From the sequence record SRR20825019_3098: 64,000 bases of DNA. One strand, 5' to 3'. Shown here in pieces: positions 1 to 8,411 of the stretch. The notes below the pieces were generated by a model. It ran no database searches. It worked only from the letters and a program-made list of their open reading frames with translations, and was not told where the DNA came from. Within the stretch, counting starts at the first letter, position 1, and each line of letters opens with the position of its first letter. The position numbers were made by a program, and so were the translations under genes.

Positions 1-109
1 CCCTTGAGGGAGGCCAGGAGGGTGACATTTGTATTGAAAGAAAAAAGCATGGACTTTGAGACTTGTGACATCCGGACAGTGAAGAAGAACAACCTCTTTT
101 GAACACCCC

Positions 110-820
110 TCATTTATTTTTACCCACCCAATTGAAAAACGCCTTTTTATAAGTTTCTCCGATCGGAATTTCTTTGTCATCAATAAACACGCGATTGCCT
201 TCAATGGAATTGATTTTATCCAGACGAACAATGTATGACTTATGAATTCGCATGAAATTCTTGTGAGATAATTTCGCTTCAATGTCCTTGAGATTCTCTA
301 AAACAACCAACTTTTCTGACACTAAATGAATCAGGATATAATCTTTTAACCCTTCGATATAAAGCAAGTCATCGCTTTGCACCATAACTAATTTGCCATC
401 TGTTTTCACGAAGAAAAAGTCGTTTTCAATCGCTGGGGCTTCGGGAAAGTGAGATTGTGCTCTTACTGCGCTTTCGTAGAAGGTGTTGAACGAAATCGGC
501 TTCATTAAATAATCGATGACGCTATGTTTGTAACCTTCCAAGGCATATTGATCGTAAGCAGTTGTCAAAATAACCTTGCATTTATTCTGGAGGATTTTCA
601 TAAATTGAATTCCGTCGATGTCGGGCATTTGGATATCCAAAAACAAGAGGTCAATGTTTTCTTCACGGAGTGTTTCAAAAGCGGAAATAGCATCAGTTGT
701 GGAACCAACATACTCCAGAAAATCAACTTTTTTCACGTACTCTCTGAGTAGATCGAGCGCCAAAGGTTCATCGTCAATCAAGAAACAGCGGATGGGTTTA
801 GAAAGGTTTTTTTCAGGCAT
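110..820 (-). CDS. LytTR-family response regulator
   Basis: Receiver motifs (IDDEPLA, FLDIQMP, TTAY, YLMKP) plus a C-terminal LytTR domain (LYIEGLKDY, FMRIHKSYIV); overlaps the kinase gene. Confidence 0.95.
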   Translation of the reverse strand: MPEKNLSKPIRCFLIDDEPLALDLLREYVKKVDFLEYVGSTTDAISAFETLREENIDLLFLDIQMPDIDGIQFMKILQNKCKVILTTAYDQYALEGYKHSVIDYLMKPISFNTFYESAVRAQSHFPEAPAIENDFFFVKTDGKLVMVQSDDLLYIEGLKDYILIHLVSEKLVVLENLKDIEAKLSHKNFMRIHKSYIVRLDKINSIEGNRVFIDDKEIPIGETYKKAFFNWVGKNK

Positions 821-1844
821 AGTGAATGGTAAGAATTACAGAAAAAACAGCATTGTGCTCGCTAATTTCTAAGGAATGTTTGCCCGGATATAAAAGCTCT
901 AACCTTCGCTTTACATTCTTTAAACCAATTCCTGGAGTGCTATCTTTTTGCTTGGTCATCATTTTATTATGGGTCTCAAAAATGAGCATTTTATCCGTTG
1001 ATTCTAACGTAATCTTAAACGGAAATTCAGGATCGCAGACGTCTCCATGTTTAAAGCCATTTTCAACCATGGGAATTAGCAACAGTGATGGAATTAAAGT
1101 TCCGTTGTTTGCGATGGATTGCTCTACAGCGATGTTTGTTTGTTTTCCTGTTCGCAATGATTCTAGCTCGATAAGGCTCTCGATGTAGTTCATTTCGTTT
1201 GTCAACAGCGTGTTCTCATTTTCGGACTCCTTCAAAATGTAGCGATGCAACGCACTGAATTTTTCAATGGCAAAGAGGGCTTTGTCGGATTTTTGATAAA
1301 CGAGAGAGTAGATGTTATTCAGACTATTAAACACAAAATGCGGATTGATCTGGGTCTTTAAAAAGCTGATTTCAGCGGCTTGTTTCTCTTGCAAAAGTTG
1401 TTTTTTTTCCTTTTGAGAATCTACATAATTGGCGAGTAACCAAAGCACAATGCTCATAAAAATAGGAGAGCTTGCATAATACAAATTGTCGAACACATAA
1501 TAAGAAATACTGATACCGTCCTTGTAATTTCCTACTCCAGAGAAATAACGATAAATAACTTCTTCTACGAGGTATCTAAACCCAATAAAGAATAGAAACA
1601 GACCAACCATTGAAAGAATCACCCATAGGAATTGGTTCTTTTTTAAAAAACGAGGAATTATGAAAAAGTAGTTGAGGTAAAACGTGCTCATGCTCACCAA
1701 TAGAATAGAATACATGAGCGGATGTAAAAACACCTCGGAGGCCGTTACCTGACCTTCATTCACAAATTGGTTCGCAGCGGTAGAAATAAACGATGCATAC
1801 ACCCAATAAATAAAATGCAAAATGAAAATGGTTGTTCGACTCAT
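813..1844 (-). CDS. LytS/YehU-type membrane sensor histidine kinase
   Basis: N-terminal TM helices, LKTQINPHFVFNSLNNIY H-box, VENGFKHG, GIGLKNVKRRL; start placed at ATG 1844 because a TAACTTTG box lies at 1865-1872. Confidence 0.93.
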   Translation of the reverse strand: MSRTTIFILHFIYWVYASFISTAANQFVNEGQVTASEVFLHPLMYSILLVSMSTFYLNYFFIIPRFLKKNQFLWVILSMVGLFLFFIGFRYLVEEVIYRYFSGVGNYKDGISISYYVFDNLYYASSPIFMSIVLWLLANYVDSQKEKKQLLQEKQAAEISFLKTQINPHFVFNSLNNIYSLVYQKSDKALFAIEKFSALHRYILKESENENTLLTNEMNYIESLIELESLRTGKQTNIAVEQSIANNGTLIPSLLLIPMVENGFKHGDVCDPEFPFKITLESTDKMLIFETHNKMMTKQKDSTPGIGLKNVKRRLELLYPGKHSLEISEHNAVFSVILTIHYA

Positions 1845-1900
1845 TGAGAGAAATATTGATCTGTCAAAGTTATCATTCAAATTGAATCCGATAAAAAATC

Positions 1901-1963
1901 TTCTACAAACACCGAATTATATCCGATGAACAGGTTGTCGGACTTTTTTCGGAGTTGGTCTAT
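1901..1963. promoter_or_regulatory. Two oppositely oriented pairs of LytTR-type direct repeats (21-bp period) in a divergent promoter
   Basis: ttctacaaac(1901)/tccgatgaac(1922) and ggttgtcgga(1933)/gttggtctat(1954). Confidence 0.55.
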
Positions 1964-2024
1964 TAAAATTCTGTTTCCGAAAGAGAAAACGGACATTCGA
2001 TCATTCGTTTACAAATTGATAGTT

Positions 2025-4451
2025 ATGAAGCCAATTAGAAAGGTGTTTTTTAGAGAATCGATGAGGTTATATGTTCTTGGCGTGATGTTGTTTTTTTCCT
2101 TGAGTGCGGCAGCGCAACTTAAGGTAAGCGGAACGGTAGTATCTCAAACGGAAGAACCGTTGTCTTTTGTAAAAGTGGTTCTGCTTCAAAGCGACTCTAC
2201 CGTGAAGGTTGGAACGACAGCCAATTTGGAGGGAAAGTTTGAGTTGAATGTGGAAAAAGGAAGCTACATTCTTCAAGTGAGAGAGGTATCTGAAACTGTT
2301 TATTCGCAGGTGTTGATTGTGGATGAAACAATGGATCTGGGAACGATCAAAACGCATGTGAATAGTCAAGAACTCGGAGAGATTGAGGTTTCTGTAAAAA
2401 AGCAACTAATTGTGCGAAAAGTAGACCGCTTGATTTTTAATGTCGAAAACTCCATTGCGGCGCGTGGTGGAGATGCGCTCGATGCACTTCGAATTACACC
2501 TGGAGTAAAAGTTCAAAACGACGTTATTTCCATTATCGGTAAAAGTGCCGTTCGTGTGATGATCAACGATCGCTTGATTCAATTGTCAAATGATGATTTA
2601 GTGAATTTTTTAAAGACAATCTCGTCAGACAATATTGCTAAAATTGAAGTCATAACCACGCCGCCAGCCCAATACGCCGCAGATGGAAATAGTGGTCTCA
2701 TCAACATCGTTTTAATCAACGCGAAAAGAGATCGATGGAATGCTGGAGTTGGAGCCTCTGCAACACAACGAACGTATCTCGGCGGGGCAGTGAACGGAAA
2801 TTTCAACTTCAACAAGAACAAATTTACGTTTCAAACATCTTTGAGTTTAGGGAATTCTACAAAGGAAATAACCGATAGAAATAACACCCTTTATCCCATG
2901 GAAGTTTGGAGCACGCGGAGTCCAAGAAAAGTGGATTACGATTATTCAAGTGTTCAAACAGGGCTAGATTATAAGTTTAACTCGAAATGGAAAGCGGGTG
3001 TTCAATATATGGGAAGCTTTTCAGATGTGAAAATTGGAGCGAACTCACGTACTCAGCGAACAGATGTAAACGATGGATCAATGATTTCTCAAATTGAGTC
3101 CTTTTCAATCTCGAAGGAAAAACCAACGATGCATTCTGGAAATTTTCACGCCGTTTTCACACCAGATTCAATGGATACAAAGATTTCCTTTGACGCCGAT
3201 TACTTTAGGTTCGAGAGTCTTGAAGACAGAGCATTTTCTGGAAATTATTTGGACGCAAATTCCAATGTTACAGAGGGGTCTTACTTTGCACTTCAGAGCG
3301 GAAACAACAATAGACTGGATAACTATTCGGGAAGAATAGATGTGGAAATCCCTAGAAAATGGGGAGTGCTTAGTTTTGGAACGAAGTATTCTCAATCGGA
3401 AACAAATAATATTCTAGAGCTTTACAATACCTCCACTGGAGAGCCAATTCTTGATGAACAGCAATCGAACACATTTAACTATTTAGAAAAAAATGGAGCC
3501 CTTTATGTTTCTTTTTCAAAGGAATTGAATGCAAAATGGGCCATTCAAGCTGGTTTGCGATCAGAATTAACGGAAACGACGGGTTATTCTGCTAATTACG
3601 ATCAAACAACGATCAACAATTATAACAAATTTTTTCCAACAGCCTATGTAAGTTATGCGCCAAACGAGAGTCACTTCTTGTCAATGAGTTATGGACGACG
3701 AATTAACCGCCCAAATTACGAGCAGCTAAACCCATTTCGTTGGTACGATAGTCCATTTGTCTATGGTGAAGGAAATCCTTTTCTCAAACCTTCTTTCTCG
3801 GACAATTTGGAGCTGAATCACTCCTATAAAAACTTCAACACGAATGTTTTCTTTTCCTTGATGACGAATGGATTTGACCAATTCGGAATTGTGAATCCTC
3901 AAACGAACAACACGAATTACCTCGTGCTCAATTTTTACGATTCGCGAACGGTGGGATTCTCAGAAAGCTACATTTTCGAAAAACTAAAATGGTGGACAAG
4001 TACCAATTCATTTGATATCTCCTATTCGGTAACAACGTCGGATTTTGCTTCTGCACAAAGGCGAACGGAAGGATTTCAATCTTCCATTTCAACGGACAAT
4101 AATTTTGTGTTAAACAAAAAGAAAACACTTCAACTCAATGTAAGTTATTGGCACAGCTTCGCTGGGGTTTGGAATGTATTTGAGTTTTTGCCGTCCAGTT
4201 CATTTTCAGCGAGTTTGAAATATGCTATGCTCGATAATAAACTACAGTTCACAATCTCGGCAACAGATATTTTTAAAGCCGACATCTTTCGAGCGGAATC
4301 CTTGAGTAATGGAATTGTTCAGAAGTACGCTAATTACTATGACAATCGAATGGTTCGATTCTCTGTTCGCTATTCTTTTGGGTCTAAATTATTGAAGGTT
4401 GAGAAAAACAACTTTGGGAATGAAGAAGAGCAAAACAGAGTTGGTAATTAG
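2025..4451 (+). CDS. TonB-dependent-like outer membrane beta-barrel protein (carboxypeptidase-regulatory-like N-domain, plug, OMP_b-brl_3-type barrel)
   Basis: Signal peptide, DRLIFNV..GGDALDAL..TPGV plug, IEVITTPPAQYAADG, RINRPNY..LNPF, GNPFLKP, C-terminal YSFG; start is 2025 or 2061. Confidence 0.88.
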   Translation: MKPIRKVFFRESMRLYVLGVMLFFSLSAAAQLKVSGTVVSQTEEPLSFVKVVLLQSDSTVKVGTTANLEGKFELNVEKGSYILQVREVSETVYSQVLIVDETMDLGTIKTHVNSQELGEIEVSVKKQLIVRKVDRLIFNVENSIAARGGDALDALRITPGVKVQNDVISIIGKSAVRVMINDRLIQLSNDDLVNFLKTISSDNIAKIEVITTPPAQYAADGNSGLINIVLINAKRDRWNAGVGASATQRTYLGGAVNGNFNFNKNKFTFQTSLSLGNSTKEITDRNNTLYPMEVWSTRSPRKVDYDYSSVQTGLDYKFNSKWKAGVQYMGSFSDVKIGANSRTQRTDVNDGSMISQIESFSISKEKPTMHSGNFHAVFTPDSMDTKISFDADYFRFESLEDRAFSGNYLDANSNVTEGSYFALQSGNNNRLDNYSGRIDVEIPRKWGVLSFGTKYSQSETNNILELYNTSTGEPILDEQQSNTFNYLEKNGALYVSFSKELNAKWAIQAGLRSELTETTGYSANYDQTTINNYNKFFPTAYVSYAPNESHFLSMSYGRRINRPNYEQLNPFRWYDSPFVYGEGNPFLKPSFSDNLELNHSYKNFNTNVFFSLMTNGFDQFGIVNPQTNNTNYLVLNFYDSRTVGFSESYIFEKLKWWTSTNSFDISYSVTTSDFASAQRRTEGFQSSISTDNNFVLNKKKTLQLNVSYWHSFAGVWNVFEFLPSSSFSASLKYAMLDNKLQFTISATDIFKADIFRAESLSNGIVQKYANYYDNRMVRFSVRYSFGSKLLKVEKNNFGNEEEQNRVGN

Positions 4452-4467
4452 TTGTTTGAAGCAAAAA

Positions 4468-4493
4468 TCCCCGCTATTGATCAATAACGGGGA
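4468..4493. terminator. Hairpin between convergent genes (probable bidirectional terminator)
   Basis: tccccg-ctattgatcaataa-cgggga with an A-run before it and a T-rich tract after. Confidence 0.7.
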
Positions 4494-4521
4494 ACGATTT
4501 TATTTTTCTCGACATTCTAAG

Positions 4522-5409
4522 CTACACTCCTAGGCCTTTTTGAAGAGCTGTCATATATTCGAAGTATTGATCCTTAATGGATGAGTAAACCCAGATAAAA
4601 CCGCCTCCGATATCCTGTGGAGAATGGTTCGGGCTGCCAGTCCAGCAAGCTTCAGGCACCGAGTATGATCCACCAGTTGTCCAAATTTTAAACAAATTCT
4701 CAACATCTTGAGGACTGCATGTTGTTTGTGGAAGAGCACAATTGTTGCAACTACCAGCAACGATGGGAACACTAAGATCTAGCCAGTCTCCGGGATTTAT
4801 TGACTTTCCACCGGCATAACATTGTAGGTTTAACCAGCTCACAGTTCCTCCGTTGATTTGGACATAATGTACCCAATTACTCCACTCAGTTTTCGAACCA
4901 TAAGGAGCAGCGGTAACTTTCAGTCCAACTTGGGTCGCAACGGGAACGATTGTATATATTGGCGAGCTTGCAGAATAATCACGTGCTTCATAATCTAAAT
5001 CTATTCCGTCAAATCCAAGGGTGTTTTTAATGAAACTAAGTATTTTTTGTGCTGCACTCGGATTGCTCTTGATAAGATTATTCATGAATTCACATCCGCT
5101 AGTAGAGAAGGAAATATAGATTTCTTGAACGTTTCCGCCACGCAAATCGAGAAGTGTTTTACTCCATTCAAGACTTCCAATATAGTCTCCCGAAATGTCA
5201 AATACAGGGTTTGAGGAATCATTAAATACTAATTGTTCAGGGTTGGTAGCACTTTGGTTAAGTAAGGATAAAATTGGGCTAGTCAAAGGGCTATTATGCA
5301 GTGTTTTAATCGTCTCTGGAATTTGGGAGTTTCCTTGAGGATACAGCGAGTTTCCAATGTAGAGAGCAATTCTTTTGTTGTTCATAATACGAGTTGTTTT
5401 ATTATTCAT
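4522..5409 (-). CDS. GH18-like (chitinase/ENGase-fold) glycoside hydrolase without signal peptide
   Basis: FDGIDLDYE matches DxxDxDxE; WLNLQCY; C-terminal GGGFIW; start is 5409 or 5385. Confidence 0.75.
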   Translation of the reverse strand: MNNKTTRIMNNKRIALYIGNSLYPQGNSQIPETIKTLHNSPLTSPILSLLNQSATNPEQLVFNDSSNPVFDISGDYIGSLEWSKTLLDLRGGNVQEIYISFSTSGCEFMNNLIKSNPSAAQKILSFIKNTLGFDGIDLDYEARDYSASSPIYTIVPVATQVGLKVTAAPYGSKTEWSNWVHYVQINGGTVSWLNLQCYAGGKSINPGDWLDLSVPIVAGSCNNCALPQTTCSPQDVENLFKIWTTGGSYSVPEACWTGSPNHSPQDIGGGFIWVYSSIKDQYFEYMTALQKGLGV

Positions 5410-5506
5410 TGTGGGTAGTGTAAAACGGGTTATCAGATGTAACCCAGTTGCAAACATCAATAATTCAGTGGATAGCAAAGGAAGTGAAAATACCTTTTTT
5501 AAAAAA

Positions 5507-5528
5507 CGAGTAGAAATACGAGTGATGA
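5507..5528 (-). promoter_or_regulatory. Putative activator site (tcatcactcgtatttctactcg) shared with the region upstream of the 26074 gene
   Basis: 15/16 match to 25875-25890; CGTRTTTCTAC core also at 25995-26005. Confidence 0.55.
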
Positions 5529-5578
5529 ACAGAATAGAATTTGTATTCTATTTTGACAGATTCAATTAATTTTGGAGC

Positions 5579-6046
5579 ATGAAATACCGAATGCTTACAA
5601 CGGAAGAAATGGACATCTTTGATGAGGATTTCAAACATTTTCTAATTACCAATGGAGTTTCAAATGAAACATGGTTGGAATTGAATGAAAAAAACGTTGA
5701 AGGAGCAGCACAATTAGTGGAAATTTTCTCAGATTCCGTACTTCAAAAGGTATATGAGAAAGTGAGGTTTATTGAACATCGTTCAAAAGGAGCTTGTATG
5801 GTTTTTAAACTCGAATCGGAAGAAATAGAGCTTATTTCCATTTCTGCAAAAAATGAAACTGTTGATTTATCAACGCCAGAATCAATTCACGATGCCTTGG
5901 TGAACCAACCGAATTCACTTACAGTTTTCAAAACGAAGAAACATTATTCGAAAGAAAGAGAGCAGGAGATCCATACCATGCTCGAACAAGGCTGTGTGAA
6001 CTCAAGTGAAGCGTTTTGGGTTTTATTGGAAAAGGTAGTGGATTAA
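5579..6046 (+). CDS. Conserved Bacteroidota hypothetical protein (DUF6495-like)
   Basis: MKYRMLT.EE...F..FL.NG....W N-terminus; TAATTTTG box at 5567-5574. Confidence 0.7.
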   Translation: MKYRMLTTEEMDIFDEDFKHFLITNGVSNETWLELNEKNVEGAAQLVEIFSDSVLQKVYEKVRFIEHRSKGACMVFKLESEEIELISISAKNETVDLSTPESIHDALVNQPNSLTVFKTKKHYSKEREQEIHTMLEQGCVNSSEAFWVLLEKVVD

Positions 6047-6048
6047 AT

Positions 6049-7563
6049 CTATTGTTTCACGACTCTGTGAAAGCTCGTCCCTTCCGAAGATTCTATAGTT
6101 AAATAGTACATTCCCGTTGGAAAGCTTTGAAGATCAAGAATGTGAATTGACCCATTGAATTGAAGATCACGAAGAACTTCCTGACCTCGACTGTCGGTTA
6201 TATGAAGCAAATCGTCTTTTTCTAAATTGTTTAAATAGAAAATTCCGTCAGATGGATTTGGATGAATTCTGATTTCAGATCCGCTTGTTGAGTATTTACT
6301 TCGTGTAAATTTTGCAATCCAACCATCCGTTTTTCCTTCTAGTCCGTGTACAATACCATCTACGGAGTTCGTTGCGCCACCAAAAACGAGCTCGTCAGCA
6401 TCTGTTAAATAAACAGCTTCGATTCTATCAAAACCAGCGTCTCCGAATAAAGTAACCTCCGAGATTGTATTGTTTTCAATGGATGCTACCCAAATGTCGG
6501 TGTTTCCCTTGGAAAGTGAATTTCCGATTGAAATAGAGTTGGTTGTTCCAGCAATAATTACTTGACCTAACGAATTTTGATAGAGGGCTCCAGAAAAATC
6601 GCTGCCTGCGCTGCCAATCGTTTGAGACCAATTGAGTGTTCCTTCTAAAGAAACTTCCAATACCCAAGCGTCTGAAAAACCGGCATTCTCTACGATATCG
6701 ATATCCTTTGAAAAAGTATTTCCTGCGATGAGCAAGTTTCCGTTCGCGGCTAAGATAATGTCGGAACTGTAATCTGCTGCAAATCCACCAAAATTTTCAG
6801 ACCAAATAACCTGTCCTGTTTGTGAAAGTCGAAGGAGAGAAATATCAAAATCGCCGTAATTTTGGAGAATGTCTCTATCGTATGAAGAAGAATGACCTAA
6901 AATGATAATTTCTTCAGAAGGCAATTCAATTAATGTGGATGCGCGGTCTTCATCGTTTCCACCAATATTTCTTTGCCAAAAGATTGTTCCATCAGGATTC
7001 ACATCGATTAACCACATATCGAACTGACCGTAATTAGAGGTTAAATCACCAGATTCTGATCGTGAATCTCCGAACAAGAGAAAGTGCCCATTTTTTCGCT
7101 CAATAAGTGATGTTGGAAGGTCTATAAACTCACCACCGTAGGATTTTGTCCACTCCAAATTACCATTTAAGTTTAATTTAAAGAGGTAGAAATCATCATA
7201 CCCTTTGTTTCCAGAAAAGTATCCATTTTGCGAATCAGATGCCGCAAGTACAAGCAGGTTGTTGTCAGAAGAAACAATAAGGTCGATTCCTCTATCATTG
7301 CTCTCTCCTGCGAAAATTTTAGTCCAAGTGATTTGTCCGTCTGAAGTCATTTTGGAAACAAACATGTCATAACCTGTGAGAGAATTCTCAGACTGGATAG
7401 TTCCAGTTACGTAGTAGTTTCCGTCTGCGTCTGTATCAATTGCCGTAATCTCATCATCGCCGTGTCCACCAATTGTTTCCTGCCAAAGTATTCTTCTCTC
7501 TTGCGCCGAAATGCTCGATGAAAACATCGCCAGCAAAACAAGAAGAGTTAACAATTTGGACAT
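6049..7563 (-). CDS. T9SS type-A cargo with repeated W-x(3-4)-GG-x3-D beta-propeller-type units
   Basis: Signal peptide, about 7 repeats, C-terminal IHPNPS...GMYYLTI sorting domain. Confidence 0.85.
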   Translation of the reverse strand: MSKLLTLLVLLAMFSSSISAQERRILWQETIGGHGDDEITAIDTDADGNYYVTGTIQSENSLTGYDMFVSKMTSDGQITWTKIFAGESNDRGIDLIVSSDNNLLVLAASDSQNGYFSGNKGYDDFYLFKLNLNGNLEWTKSYGGEFIDLPTSLIERKNGHFLLFGDSRSESGDLTSNYGQFDMWLIDVNPDGTIFWQRNIGGNDEDRASTLIELPSEEIIILGHSSSYDRDILQNYGDFDISLLRLSQTGQVIWSENFGGFAADYSSDIILAANGNLLIAGNTFSKDIDIVENAGFSDAWVLEVSLEGTLNWSQTIGSAGSDFSGALYQNSLGQVIIAGTTNSISIGNSLSKGNTDIWVASIENNTISEVTLFGDAGFDRIEAVYLTDADELVFGGATNSVDGIVHGLEGKTDGWIAKFTRSKYSTSGSEIRIHPNPSDGIFYLNNLEKDDLLHITDSRGQEVLRDLQFNGSIHILDLQSFPTGMYYLTIESSEGTSFHRVVKQ

Positions 7564-7658
7564 ATTAGATAAGATTAAAGAAATGATTAGTTAACAATTT
7601 AGTAACATTGAATGAACTTTCCAAATATTTCGATCATTTTCTCTTGTATCTTTGTCTT

Positions 7659-8267
7659 GTGAAAGAGGAATTGATACGTCGTTTTGGAGAACATCGAGTG
7701 CATGATGTTCCTGTTGGTGAAGGAGAAATCCCTCTTTTGATGCTAGATTTGGAGCTTCAATCGCCAGTAAATGTGCTAGTTACGAATGGTTTGAGAGACT
7801 ATCGTATGCCTGTTTCTGAGAAATGGCAGGGACGAGAATCTACGGAGCTATTTTTCTGTTTACCAAGCTATTGGGACTGGGAGGAAATGGATAATCCACG
7901 TACAAATTGGATATTTCCATGGATTCAACGACTAACAAAATTTGTTCAAGAAAAGGAAACATGGTTTGGTCCAGGTCACACAATGCCTTGCGGAGCAGAA
8001 ATGAATTCACTGTCTGAAACAATGCTTCAGAATCATTTCTTTTTAATGGATCCAATTCTTTTGGAAAATGAGCTCGCACCAATCCAAGTTGGTGATAAGA
8101 AGGTGCATTTTTTAGCCATTGTCCCTATTTTTTCGGACGAGTTGGATTACAAACATTCCAAAGGCACAAACAAATTGATTCAAAAATTGATTCAAAAAGG
8201 AGTGTCGGAAAAACTCGATGATTTTAGAGCAAGCTCACTAAAGAGTAAGTGGAGATTACGCCGCTAA
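7659..8267 (+). CDS. Suppressor-of-fused (SUFU) domain protein
   Basis: VTNGL..Y.MP, TELF, W..PWIQRL, TWFGPGHT, FLAIVPIF.DELDYK; GTG start inferred from TATCTTTG at 7647-7654. Confidence 0.82.
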   Translation: MKEELIRRFGEHRVHDVPVGEGEIPLLMLDLELQSPVNVLVTNGLRDYRMPVSEKWQGRESTELFFCLPSYWDWEEMDNPRTNWIFPWIQRLTKFVQEKETWFGPGHTMPCGAEMNSLSETMLQNHFFLMDPILLENELAPIQVGDKKVHFLAIVPIFSDELDYKHSKGTNKLIQKLIQKGVSEKLDDFRASSLKSKWRLRR

Positions 8268-8411
8268 TCTTAATAGTTCGATTACATCCAGTTAATTTTC
8301 GGGGCTAATATTAAAAATCCTCAACAAAGACTTAATAGAACAACGTTGATCGTTTAATCGGTTTAGTTCAATGTCTTCAGACCTTTGCGTAAAATTTTAA
8401 TACGCAAGCGA

